From Candidatus Omnitrophota bacterium (GTDB lineage Bacteria; Omnitrophota; Gorgyraeia; Gygaellales; JBFMHM01), in NCBI GenBank assembly GCA_040753015.1, contig JBFMHM010000001.1, forward strand, positions 339,157-403,156: a DNA stretch of 64,000 bases. The letters run 5' to 3'. Below are positions 1 through 9,563 of the stretch, piece by piece. Made by a program: the position numbers and the translations under genes. The notes under the pieces were generated by a model, which worked only from the letters and a program-made list of their open reading frames with translations, did no database searches and was not told the origin of the DNA. Positions within the stretch are counted from its first letter, which is position 1, and each line of letters starts with the position of its first letter.

Positions 1-2750
1 CAACGAACGCATTTTGTGCCCTGGGCTTTTGTAACAATACACCCAAAAATTTCTGCATTAGTAATCTTGACTGAAGAAACAATAAATATCTCTCTAAGCT
101 GAATCTCGGAATATTTACTTAAAAGAGAATAGTCATTCTGATTAACTTTTAATTCAATGCCTGCCTCTAAAGAACTTCCTATTATACCACTAACTCTTTT
201 TTCTTCAAGTGCTTTTAAAACTTCTTTTCTTATTTCAAAAATTCTATTAACTCTAACGGCAAGCACCTCATCTTCCCATTCTTTTCTTATTTTTGGCCAG
301 CTACTTAAAAAAACACTTTCCCGCTCGTCGAAAGACGAGCGAGGCCTCGCCCCTTCTAAGGGGCGGGCTTCTTCGCTATTTTTACTAAACACCTGCCAAA
401 TTTCCTCGCTTGTAAAACTAAGAATTGGTGAAATTAATTTTATTAATGACTCCAAGACATAAAAAAGAGCGGTCTGCGCACTACGCCTGCCTAGTGAATT
501 AAAACGAAAAGTATACAACCTATCTTTTAAAATATCTAAATAGAAATTTGATAAAGTCTCGCTACAAAACGCATAAATATCGTGATATGCCTTAAAAAAT
601 AAAAAATTATCAAATGAATTCTGAACATCATTTACCAAATTATTTAATTTTAGGAGTATCCACTTATCAATCTCAAATAATTTTTCATATTCAATTTTAT
701 CTTTATTGAAATCAAAATCATAAAGATTGCTAATAGTAAACCTAAATGTATTTCTAATTTTTCGATATCCTTCAACAAGGCGCAATAAAATCTCATCAGA
801 AATTCTAATATCCTCGGAATAATCACTTGACGCTACCCACAATCTTAAAATATCTGCACCATATTTATCAATTACAGCCTGCGGGCTAATTACATTGCCT
901 TGTGACTTTGACATTTTACGCCCTAAGCCGTCAACAACAAAACCATGCGTAAGCACCTCTTTAAAGCTTGGAGTGCCATCAATTGCCATTGCAGGAATAA
1001 TTGACGCCTGAAACCAACCGCGATGTTGGTCAGACCCTTCTAAATAAAGCTCGGCAGGAAATTTTAAATTTTCTCTTTGCTTTAAAACAGCTTGAGAACT
1101 TACTCCCGAATCAAACCAAACATCTAAAATATCTTCGCCCTTATAAATCCCGTCTCTTTTATTGCAACTCGGACAAACAAAATCTTTTGGTAAAAAATCC
1201 TCTATTTTACGAATAAACCAAGCATCACTTCCTTCTTTCAAAATAAACTCTGCATATTTATTTATAATTTGTGTATCTAAAATCTCAGAATCATCACAAT
1301 TTTTGCAATAGATTACCGGAATTGGCACGCCCCAATAACGCTGGCGCGACAAGCACCAATCAGGCCGCGCCTCAATCATACTTGTAATACGGTTTTGGCC
1401 ATAACTTGGCACCCAGTTAACTTGTTTAATTATATGGATAATTTTTGTTCTTAAACTGTTATGATCAATACTCATAAACCACTGTCGCGTTGCACGAAAT
1501 ATTACTGGTTCTTTGCAGCGCCAACAATGCGGATAGGAATGCCTAATTTTATCTTCTAATAGAAGTTCACCTTTATTTCTTAGATGCTCAATAATTTTTT
1601 CGTTTGCTTTATAAACGTGTAGGCCGGTAAATTCTCCTTGGTTTTCATCAAATTTGCCTTTTCCATCAACCGGCATAACTATTGGTAAATTAAATTTAAT
1701 CCCCGCAAAATAATCTTCTTGCCCATGGCCTGGAGCAGTATGCACACACCCGGTGCCTTCTTCTCTGGTGATATAATCAACATTAATTACTCTGCCTACT
1801 GAGTCGCCAGAGAAAACAAAAGGCCTGCGATATTTTAGATTGACTAAATTAGCTCCTTTACCAAATTTAATTGGTTTATCGAAATTTATAATTTTGATAA
1901 TACCTTCAAAAACAACTTTTAACCTCTCCAATAAATCTTCTGCAACAATTAAAATCGAGCCATTATCGTGAATTAACCCAACATATTCAAAATTTGGGTG
2001 AAGAGCAATGGCCGTATTAGCGAGTAATGTCCAAGGTGTTGTTGTCCAAATTAAAAAATACACTTTTTTATTTTTTAAATCATTGTTTATTTCTGCGAGA
2101 TTTAAAATTTCGAATTTTACAAAAATCGATGGAGAAGTTTTATCTTGATACTCTACTTCTGCTTCAGCAAGCGCTGTCTCGCAATTATAACACCAGTTAA
2201 CTGGCTTTAAACCTCGATAAATGTAGCCTCTTTTAGTAAGCTCATCAAAAGATTTTATAATCGCATATTCATAATCGCTAGATAACGTTAGATATGGATT
2301 GTCCCAATCTCCAAATACACCCAAACGTTTAAATTCTTGTTTTTGAATATTAACATACTTTAAGGCATAATCTTTTGCTTTTTTACGAAATTCAATTTTA
2401 TCAATTTGTGATTTGTGAATTTTTAATTCTTTAAAAAGCTGATGCTCAACCGGCAGGCCGTGACAATCCCATCCCGGAATATAGGGAGTATTAAAACCCT
2501 TTAGGGTTTTATATTTTATAATAATATCTTTTAGGGTTTTATTTAAGGCATGCCCGATATGAATGTTTCCGTTTGCGTAAGGCGGGCCGTCATGAAGAAT
2601 ATATTTTTCTGCCTTCTGATTCTTTTCCTGCATCTTTTGGTAAATATTATTTTTCTGCCAAAAATCTAAAAGCTTAGGTTCTTTTTCTTTTAGATTAGCC
2701 TTCATAGAAAATTCTGTTTTAGGAAGATTGAGAGTAGTTTTGTAATCCAT
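1..2750 (-). CDS. ileS: Isoleucyl-tRNA synthetase, partial (C-terminus lies beyond the window start)
   Basis: Minus-strand translation from the ATG at 2750 starts MDYKTTLNLPKTEF. HIGH motif (PYANGNIHIGHALN) and KMSKS motif (KMSKSQGNV) are both present. The reading frame stays open to base 1. This ORF is missing from the ORF track, apparently because no stop codon falls inside the window. Confidence 0.9.
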   Translation of the reverse strand, partial: MDYKTTLNLPKTEFSMKANLKEKEPKLLDFWQKNNIYQKMQEKNQKAEKYILHDGPPYANGNIHIGHALNKTLKDIIIKYKTLKGFNTPYIPGWDCHGLPVEHQLFKELKIHKSQIDKIEFRKKAKDYALKYVNIQKQEFKRLGVFGDWDNPYLTLSSDYEYAIIKSFDELTKRGYIYRGLKPVNWCYNCETALAEAEVEYQDKTSPSIFVKFEILNLAEINNDLKNKKVYFLIWTTTPWTLLANTAIALHPNFEYVGLIHDNGSILIVAEDLLERLKVVFEGIIKIINFDKPIKFGKGANLVNLKYRRPFVFSGDSVGRVINVDYITREEGTGCVHTAPGHGQEDYFAGIKFNLPIVMPVDGKGKFDENQGEFTGLHVYKANEKIIEHLRNKGELLLEDKIRHSYPHCWRCKEPVIFRATRQWFMSIDHNSLRTKIIHIIKQVNWVPSYGQNRITSMIEARPDWCLSRQRYWGVPIPVIYCKNCDDSEILDTQIINKYAEFILKEGSDAWFIRKIEDFLPKDFVCPSCNKRDGIYKGEDILDVWFDSGVSSQAVLKQRENLKFPAELYLEGSDQHRGWFQASIIPAMAIDGTPSFKEVLTHGFVVDGLGRKMSKSQGNVISPQAVIDKYGADILRLWVASSDYSEDIRISDEILLRLVEGYRKIRNTFRFTISNLYDFDFNKDKIEYEKLFEIDKWILLKLNNLVNDVQNSFDNFLFFKAYHDIYAFCSETLSNFYLDILKDRLYTFRFNSLGRRSAQTALFYVLESLIKLISPILSFTSEEIWQVFSKNSEEARPLEGARPRSSFDERESVFLSSWPKIRKEWEDEVLAVRVNRIFEIRKEVLKALEEKRVSGIIGSSLEAGIELKVNQNDYSLLSKYSEIQLREIFIVSSVKITNAEIFGCIVTKAQGTKCVR
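320..368. repeat. GC-rich double-hairpin palindromic element inserted in frame within ileS (RPE/REP-like)
   Basis: Hairpins cgctcgtc-gaaa-gacgagcg and cgcccc-ttctaa-ggggcg. Local GC is >65% against a ~30% background. It encodes an extra ...NSEEARPLEGARPRSSFDERE... segment in the IleS C-terminal region without breaking the frame. Confidence 0.6.
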
Positions 2751-2753
2751 AAG

Positions 2754-3605
2754 TTAAATATACTTTCCGATAATTGGCTTGAGTCTTTTTTTAACTGCAC
2801 TAGTAATAGCGCTTTTTGGAGTGACAATTGCATATTTTAAAGCACTAGAACATAAGCAATTACGCTCCTTAGCAAGCACAGGGACAATATTTGTTATAAT
2901 ATTCTTTGCATTCTCAACATTCTTATTTAGGTTTGAAATAATCATGTCGATTGTGACTGTATCGTGCTTAGGATGCCAACAATCATAATCGGTCACACAA
3001 GCTAAAGTTACATAGCAAATTTCCGCTTCTCTGGCAAGCTTTGCTTCAGCTAAATTAGTCATTGCAATTATATCAAATCCAAGCTTTCTATAAATACTTG
3101 ATTCAGCTTTAGTCGAAAACTGTGGCCCTTCCATATTCACATAAACTCCCCCTAGATGAATTGGAATATCCATTTTTTTAACAATCTCGTAAATTTTTTT
3201 TGCATTATCCTGGCAGATTGGATCAGCAAAACTAACATGGCTAACTATGCCTTTACCAAAAAATGTACTAATTCTTTTCGATGTCCTATCAAAAAATTGG
3301 TCAGGCAAAACTAGGTCTAGCGGCCTTAGCTCTTCTTTCAAGCTACCTACTGCGGATATAGAAATAATCTTCTCTACACCTATTTTCTTCATTGCAAAAA
3401 TATTTGCCCGGTAATTTATTTCACTAGGTAGAATCGTATGATTTATGCCATGACGCGGCAAAAATACAACATCTATTCCGTTAAGCTGGCCACAAATAAA
3501 TTCGCTGGATGGCTTACCAAAAGGAGTAGTAACCTTTATTTTTTTAATCTTACCTAAACCATCTATTTTATAGAGACCGCTTCCACCAATTATTCCAATT
3601 ATCAT
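2754..3605 (-). CDS. mtnP: S-methyl-5'-thioadenosine phosphorylase / purine nucleoside phosphorylase family
   Basis: 283 aa. GIIGGSG N-terminus and PRHG motif typical of the PNP/MTAP family. Confidence 0.7.
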   Translation of the reverse strand: MIIGIIGGSGLYKIDGLGKIKKIKVTTPFGKPSSEFICGQLNGIDVVFLPRHGINHTILPSEINYRANIFAMKKIGVEKIISISAVGSLKEELRPLDLVLPDQFFDRTSKRISTFFGKGIVSHVSFADPICQDNAKKIYEIVKKMDIPIHLGGVYVNMEGPQFSTKAESSIYRKLGFDIIAMTNLAEAKLAREAEICYVTLACVTDYDCWHPKHDTVTIDMIISNLNKNVENAKNIITNIVPVLAKERNCLCSSALKYAIVTPKSAITSAVKKRLKPIIGKYI

Positions 3606-3629
3606 TATAGACTCCTCTAAAAATCAATA

Positions 3630-4460
3630 TCAATGTGCAAGAGATATAAGCTCACTTAATATCTCTGCTCTTTTTTTTGCAAGCAACAAAGCATTTTTTA
3701 TCGTATCTTTTACCTCATTAATGTTAAGTATACTAATAGCTGCCTCCGTTGTACCGGATTTTGAAGTTATTTTTTTACGCAAGTCTTTAGGGCATTCACG
3801 TCTTTCTTTTAAAAGCTCAATACTGCCCGCAGCTGTTTCCAAAATAAGCTGGCCCGCTAAATCAACACCGAGGCCTAATTCTAAAGCGCCTTCAAATAAA
3901 GCCTCAATAAAATAATAAAAATAAGCTGGCCCGCTCCCTGAAACAGCAGTAATTGCATTAATCTTATCTTCGCTTACTTTTACTACCACTCCTATATTAC
4001 TGAATATTTTTTCGGCAATTTTAAAATCTGTTTCTTTTGCATAGCTACCTAAACAAACTGCCGAAACACCCTTTTTGATCGTACAAGGCAAATTGGGCAT
4101 AACTCTAATAACTCTTGGTTCTATGCCAATCATATCTTCAATATGTTTTGTTGTAATGCCTGCGACAATAGAAATAAAAATTTTCTTTTTAATTTCTAAT
4201 TTTGAATTCCGAATTTCTGATAATATATTATTTATATCTTGAGGTTTTACTGCCAAAATAATAACATCCGCCTGCTTTAAAAGCTCTTTGTTGTCTCTAA
4301 AACCTGCTAGATTATATTTTTTTTCTATAAATTCTATTCTCTTTTTATCCTTTTCAGAAAATATAAAATTTTGCGCTTTTCGCTTTGCGCTTTTCGCTTG
4401 GTTTATTAAAGCTTCTCCCATATTGCCACAACCAATTATACCAATTTTTTTATTTTTCAC
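3630..4460 (-). CDS. proC: Pyrroline-5-carboxylate reductase
   Basis: 276 aa. Rossmann motif IGIIGCGNMG. ProC-like C-terminal dimerisation region (SGSGPAYFYYFIEAL). Confidence 0.85.
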   Translation of the reverse strand: MKNKKIGIIGCGNMGEALINQAKSAKRKAQNFIFSEKDKKRIEFIEKKYNLAGFRDNKELLKQADVIILAVKPQDINNILSEIRNSKLEIKKKIFISIVAGITTKHIEDMIGIEPRVIRVMPNLPCTIKKGVSAVCLGSYAKETDFKIAEKIFSNIGVVVKVSEDKINAITAVSGSGPAYFYYFIEALFEGALELGLGVDLAGQLILETAAGSIELLKERRECPKDLRKKITSKSGTTEAAISILNINEVKDTIKNALLLAKKRAEILSELISLAH

Positions 4461-4482
4461 TCTGCCTCTTTCTTTGCATCAG

Positions 4483-5688
4483 TTAAAAATAATCTTGATA
4501 TATCTCTCTGGCTTTAATAATGAAATCAGAAAATAAACTTCCCCTATCTTTATCCTCTGGAAGGCGATTATTTTCAATACAGTATCTTACTAATCCTAAA
4601 GCCCTAACACCCCAAATACTCTCAAAATAAGGAACTAGATTTATATCTTTAACGCGGCCTAATTTTATAGGCTTTTCTAAGCTTGCCTCAGCTAATTCTA
4701 TAAAACCTTCAATTAAAGAAATCTCTCCAGTAATTATAATATTTTGTGTTTGGCCCTGCATATCTAATAACTCTTTTTTAATCAAACTAACCATACCTTT
4801 GGTTTCCTCGGTAATGATTGAAGAAACCAGACTTTTACTCAATGTCTTATAATCATTATCTCTTTTGATAACTATCTCCTCGTCTTTAAAACTATCCGGC
4901 ATATTCATTACAGCGTAAGAATCGCTCACCTGACTAGCAGATTCTTTTGATATATCCATTTTTTCTGCTAGCGCTTGGCACAAATTATTATAGCCAAAAG
5001 AAAGCGTCCTATAGTCAACAAGTTTATTATTAGAAAAGTTTAAAATTTCAACTAAATCATCGCCTATGTCAATCAACGTCGCGCCATTTAATTTATCTTC
5101 ATTATCAAGCGTAGATGCGGCTGTTGCAAGGCCAGATAAAATAATACCGCTTGTACTAACGCCTATATGCCTAAATGCCTGCCTCGTGCATTCTAGATAC
5201 ATAAAGTCAGACCTAACCAAAAATAGCTCAACCTCAAGCCTATGAGCGCTTAAACCTACCGGTTCTTGAATGTCATCATGATTATCAACTTTGTATTTAT
5301 GCGGAACTTCAAAAATAACTTCCTCATTTAAATCCAAGCCTAGATCGCGAGCAAATTTATTAACTCTTTTTACATCAACTTGCCTAATAACTCTATTATT
5401 GGCCTCTGAAAGCGGAAGGCGTGCATTAACTCTTGAACTTTTTATGAAATCTCCCTTTGTATTGATAAAAACATTCCTAATAGAAGTGCCGGATTTGCTT
5501 TCTAAATTATTTATAATCCTGGATATTGCCTCGCTAAAAGACACAAGATCCATAACTCTCCCCTTAGAAAACCCCTTTGACTGTGTCTTCTCTATGTAGA
5601 TATCACGAATATTTTTCCTATGGTCTACAGATGCTAAAACACCAACAATTTTACTACCGTCAATATCTAATCCGCAAATAAAATCCAT
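4483..5688 (-). CDS. ftsA: Cell division protein FtsA
   Basis: 401 aa actin-like ATPase. GLDIDGSKI N-terminus. Position downstream of ftsQ in the dcw cluster. Confidence 0.85.
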   Translation of the reverse strand: MDFICGLDIDGSKIVGVLASVDHRKNIRDIYIEKTQSKGFSKGRVMDLVSFSEAISRIINNLESKSGTSIRNVFINTKGDFIKSSRVNARLPLSEANNRVIRQVDVKRVNKFARDLGLDLNEEVIFEVPHKYKVDNHDDIQEPVGLSAHRLEVELFLVRSDFMYLECTRQAFRHIGVSTSGIILSGLATAASTLDNEDKLNGATLIDIGDDLVEILNFSNNKLVDYRTLSFGYNNLCQALAEKMDISKESASQVSDSYAVMNMPDSFKDEEIVIKRDNDYKTLSKSLVSSIITEETKGMVSLIKKELLDMQGQTQNIIITGEISLIEGFIELAEASLEKPIKLGRVKDINLVPYFESIWGVRALGLVRYCIENNRLPEDKDRGSLFSDFIIKAREIYQDYF

Positions 5689-5690
5689 AT

Positions 5691-6407
5691 TTATCTATAA
5701 TTTATTACTGGTTCCTTAAACCTTAAATCAACATAATCAATATTAGCTGCGTCTTTCTTAATCCTCGACATAAGATACAATAAAAGTTTTATCTTTTCAT
5801 TAAAATTATTAACACTAATAATTATATTCACGTAATTATATAAAACTAACTTTATATTCGGTAAATTAGAAACATCTAAACATATAATTTTTGGGTATTG
5901 AGTATTCTTATTGAAAAAATCGATAATACTGGTAACAAGTTTTTTATATTTTGATTTACTAAAATTTTCAATACCTTTTACTTCAATAAGATTAGAAGAT
6001 AAATTTGCTTCTTTAGATACAACCATAAAATCTCTATCAATAATATAATAATTAATCCCGCTTTTAAGCTGAGCAAAACCTTCTCTTCTAACAATATGCA
6101 CTATTATTTTATCTGGAAAACGCTTATATAGTTTTATAGCAGCAAATCCCGGATACTTCCTAGATAATACTAAAGATGCTTCTTTTAAATCAATATCAAA
6201 AATATTCTTATCTTTTAAGAACTCTAAATCGCCGGGCTTAATTAAATCAGCTTTGGGAACTACTTCTATAATATCAACACGTGATGGAATAAATTTATTA
6301 AAAATTAATTTAGAAATCGAAATTATAAAAATTGTTATAATACATAATATAATAAATAAAATAAAAAATTTAAATAAATTATTAGAATCCTTTTTATATC
6401 TTTTCAT
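5691..6407 (-). CDS. ftsQ: Cell division protein FtsQ/DivIB
   Basis: 238 aa. N-terminal TM followed by a POTRA-like region. Sits between ddl and ftsA. Confidence 0.7.
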   Translation of the reverse strand: MKRYKKDSNNLFKFFILFIILCIITIFIISISKLIFNKFIPSRVDIIEVVPKADLIKPGDLEFLKDKNIFDIDLKEASLVLSRKYPGFAAIKLYKRFPDKIIVHIVRREGFAQLKSGINYYIIDRDFMVVSKEANLSSNLIEVKGIENFSKSKYKKLVTSIIDFFNKNTQYPKIICLDVSNLPNIKLVLYNYVNIIISVNNFNEKIKLLLYLMSRIKKDAANIDYVDLRFKEPVINYR

Positions 6408-7363
6408 AATAAAGAAGAATGCAGTAATCTAACACATAATTCATCAAAATCTATTCCTTTTTCTTTTGCAGCCTTAGGCAGAAGGCTATGATTGGTCAAG
6501 CCCGGAATAGTATTAACCTCTAAGATAAAAGGATTATAATATTTATCAATCATTATGTCAACCCTGGAGAAACTTTTACACCCAAGAGCCATATGAGAAG
6601 CTAAAGCTAATTCCTTAACATTATTAACAACGCCGCTAGGAATCTTTGCAGGTATAATATATTGTGTTGAGCTATCTTTATATTTTGCATTGAAATCAAA
6701 AAACTTATCTCTAGGTGCAATTTCAATTATATCTAATGGATTGTCCTGAAGTATACCCACAGTAAGCTCCCTGCCTTCAATATATTTTTCAATAATAATT
6801 TTTGTGTCATACTTAAAAGCCTCTTCGAAAGCTTTATTAAATTGCCCTTTATCTCGGATGATCGAAGAACCAATGCTCGATCCGCCTCTTGCCGGCTTAA
6901 CAATATAAGGAAATTTATTAAATTTTTCGAAATGAAAATCTTTTATATTGCTGCTATATAAGAATTCAAAAGGTGCTATTGGAATGCCATGTTTCTTAAA
7001 AATAATCTTTGACCTATGTTTATCCATTGCAAGCCTTGATGCCATTACGTTAGATCCTGTATAAGGGATAGACAACTCTTCTAATATAGACTGAATCTTC
7101 CCATCTTCTCCGAAACGGCCATGCATAGCAATAAAAGCAACGCTAATGAACTCGGACTGTAATATTTTTTTAATATTATTTCTATCCTCGGTATGGATAT
7201 CTAAACAAAATGTATTCTTATATTTTTTTATAAGTGCATTATAAACAGCTGTACCTGATTTTATAGAAATCTCTCTCTCTGAAGACAAACCACCCATCAG
7301 AATGCATATCCGGCTATTTTCTTTAATGCTTAATTTATAATTCTTATTTCTGGTTCTAGGCAT
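6404..7363 (-). CDS. ddl: D-alanine--D-alanine ligase
   Basis: 319 aa ATP-grasp protein. MGGLSSEREISIKSG motif. dcw context. Confidence 0.9.
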   Translation of the reverse strand: MPRTRNKNYKLSIKENSRICILMGGLSSEREISIKSGTAVYNALIKKYKNTFCLDIHTEDRNNIKKILQSEFISVAFIAMHGRFGEDGKIQSILEELSIPYTGSNVMASRLAMDKHRSKIIFKKHGIPIAPFEFLYSSNIKDFHFEKFNKFPYIVKPARGGSSIGSSIIRDKGQFNKAFEEAFKYDTKIIIEKYIEGRELTVGILQDNPLDIIEIAPRDKFFDFNAKYKDSSTQYIIPAKIPSGVVNNVKELALASHMALGCKSFSRVDIMIDKYYNPFILEVNTIPGLTNHSLLPKAAKEKGIDFDELCVRLLHSSLL

Positions 7364-8214
7364 ATATTAAATTTTTTCTCTACTCTATATTGTATGAGCT
7401 TGATTAATCTTAAAACATCATTCGAGCAAGCATTTCCTTTATTAACAATAAAATTGGCGTGTTTTTCAGAAACAAAAGCATCGCCAACATTGGCACCTTT
7501 CAGGCCACATAGCTCAATTAACTTACCGGCAGGATTATTTTTTGGATTCTTAAATATACATCCACAGGAGGGAGTCTTTAAATCTTGGGAATCCCTGCGG
7601 AGATTCATAATTTTTTTAATATTTTCTCTTACTCTTTGCGAAGAACTCTCGCATAAATTAAACCAAGCGCCTAAAATTATGTATTTAGAAATACTGGATT
7701 TTCTATAGCCAAAATTGATCTCTTCTTTAGTAAGTTTATTAATTTTACCTCGATAATCTAATATAAATACCTCTTCGACAAAAGAAGAGATAGATTCTTT
7801 TTTGACTCCAGCATTCATCGCCAAAGATCCTCCCACAAGCCCAGGGATGCCTGTTAAAATCTCTAAACCTGATAATCCAATCTTCGAGCAGTAGTTAATT
7901 AATTCTGCTAGAGGAACTGCTGCGCCAGAAAAAACCTTCGTGCCATTATGTTTTATATCTTTAAAATCACTACCCAAAGAGATAACTACACCTCGATACC
8001 CTTTATCACTAATCAATAAATTACTCCCGCGGCCAATAACGAAAAATTTAAAATTATTTTTCTTTGTAAATTTTAATATAACCAAAAGGTCTTTTACATT
8101 GTCGGCTCTTGCCCAAATCTTAGCACACCCGCCAATCTTAAAAGTAGTATGCCTTGATAATGGTTCGTTTAATTTAATCTGACCTTTTTTTAAAATTTCT
8201 TCGCTAGTTGCCAT
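7330..8214 (-). CDS. murB: UDP-N-acetylenolpyruvoylglucosamine reductase
   Basis: 294 aa. FAD-binding N-terminus (TTFKIGG). dcw context. Confidence 0.85.
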   Translation of the reverse strand: MATSEEILKKGQIKLNEPLSRHTTFKIGGCAKIWARADNVKDLLVILKFTKKNNFKFFVIGRGSNLLISDKGYRGVVISLGSDFKDIKHNGTKVFSGAAVPLAELINYCSKIGLSGLEILTGIPGLVGGSLAMNAGVKKESISSFVEEVFILDYRGKINKLTKEEINFGYRKSSISKYIILGAWFNLCESSSQRVRENIKKIMNLRRDSQDLKTPSCGCIFKNPKNNPAGKLIELCGLKGANVGDAFVSEKHANFIVNKGNACSNDVLRLIKLIQYRVEKKFNICLEPEIRIIN

Positions 8215-9563
8215 GCTATTTTATTAATATCGCCTGCTCCTAAAAAAAGCATTAAGTCACCTTCTTTTCTATTTAAAAAAAGAAACTCGGCGATTTTGTC
8301 TTTTGGTAAAAAAATACAATCATTAGAAGAAGCATCTTTAATCTTATTACGCAATAATTTAGCTGTTATCCCTCTTAAAGGATTCTCTTGGGCTGCGTAA
8401 ATATCGGTAACGATAGTTAAATCTGCTAAATCAAAAGTTCTAACAAATTCATTCAATAAAAGTTTCGTCCTAGAATAACGGTGTGGCTGGAAAATAGCAA
8501 TTATTCTTTTATGTTCTAAATTTTTTGCTGCTTTTAATACTGCTTTTATTTCTGTAGGATGATGGCCGTAATCTTCAATAATAGTTAAATCATTCTTTTC
8601 TAACACCCGCTGAAACCGTCTTTCTGTACCTTTAAAAGACTCTATGCTATTAGCTATTGTTTTAAAATCAATACCTAAATCTAGGCAAAAACCAGTCGCT
8701 GCCAGCGCATTTAAAATATTATGTTCTCCAGCTAAGGGCAGGTTAATCACACCAAAATCCTTGCCTTCCTGATTAAACTTAAATTGACTAGAGAATTTAT
8801 CTAGTTTTACATCGGTAGGATAAATTTGGTTATATGAAGAATTTCCATAAAACTTAACCGGATAATTATAATTATTAAAAAAATTATATAGATTCTTATC
8901 ATCGCCACAAGCATATATCGAGCCATCTGGCTTAACTCTAGAAACAAATTTTCTATATGTATTTAATAAATTACCCCAATTTCGGTAATAATCCATATGC
9001 TCATAATCCAGATTAGTGATAACTGCGTATCTTGGATTATAATATAAAAACGAACCGTCACTCTCATCAGCCTCAATCACAAAATAATCGCTAGCACCAG
9101 TTCTAGCATTATCATCTATATTACGCAATATTCCGCCAATTGCTATGGTCGGCTTAAAACCTGCTTCAATTAAAATATGAGAAATCAAAGAAGTCGTTGT
9201 TGTCTTGCCATGGCTTCCTGTTACAGTAATCCCTATCTTATCACTCATAAGGCAGGCTAACATCTTTGCCCTTTTAATAACAGGAATCCCTAAATTTCTA
9301 GCTCTTATTAATTCAGGATTATCTTTTTTAATTGCTGATGAATAGACTACAACATCTATATCATCTTTAATATTATCCTTTGAATGCCCTATGTATATAT
9401 TTGCGCCAAGCTTTTCTAAAGATTTTATTATCTGACTATATTTTAAATCCGATCCTGAAATAATCTTATTATCGGCCAATAAAATATTAGCGATACCACT
9501 CATGCCGATTCCACCGATACCTACAAAATGTATTCTTTTAAAATAATTATATCTCTTAACCAT
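8190..9563 (-). CDS. murC: UDP-N-acetylmuramate--L-alanine ligase
   Basis: 457 aa. FVGIGGIGMSGIA N-terminus and GSHGKTTTT P-loop. Confidence 0.9.
   Translation of the reverse strand: MVKRYNYFKRIHFVGIGGIGMSGIANILLADNKIISGSDLKYSQIIKSLEKLGANIYIGHSKDNIKDDIDVVVYSSAIKKDNPELIRARNLGIPVIKRAKMLACLMSDKIGITVTGSHGKTTTTSLISHILIEAGFKPTIAIGGILRNIDDNARTGASDYFVIEADESDGSFLYYNPRYAVITNLDYEHMDYYRNWGNLLNTYRKFVSRVKPDGSIYACGDDKNLYNFFNNYNYPVKFYGNSSYNQIYPTDVKLDKFSSQFKFNQEGKDFGVINLPLAGEHNILNALAATGFCLDLGIDFKTIANSIESFKGTERRFQRVLEKNDLTIIEDYGHHPTEIKAVLKAAKNLEHKRIIAIFQPHRYSRTKLLLNEFVRTFDLADLTIVTDIYAAQENPLRGITAKLLRNKIKDASSNDCIFLPKDKIAEFLFLNRKEGDLMLFLGAGDINKIAWQLAKKF

Noticed and set aside
157-462. Small plus-strand ORFs listed in the ORF track (157..462, 1001..1216, 2779..2988, 3721..3915, 48216..48626, 55019..55225, 55526..55975 and so on)
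   Set aside because: Every one lies antisense to, or embedded within, a longer ORF with clear homology-type motifs. They are low-complexity, AT-codon-driven and lack RBS context, so I treat them as spurious.
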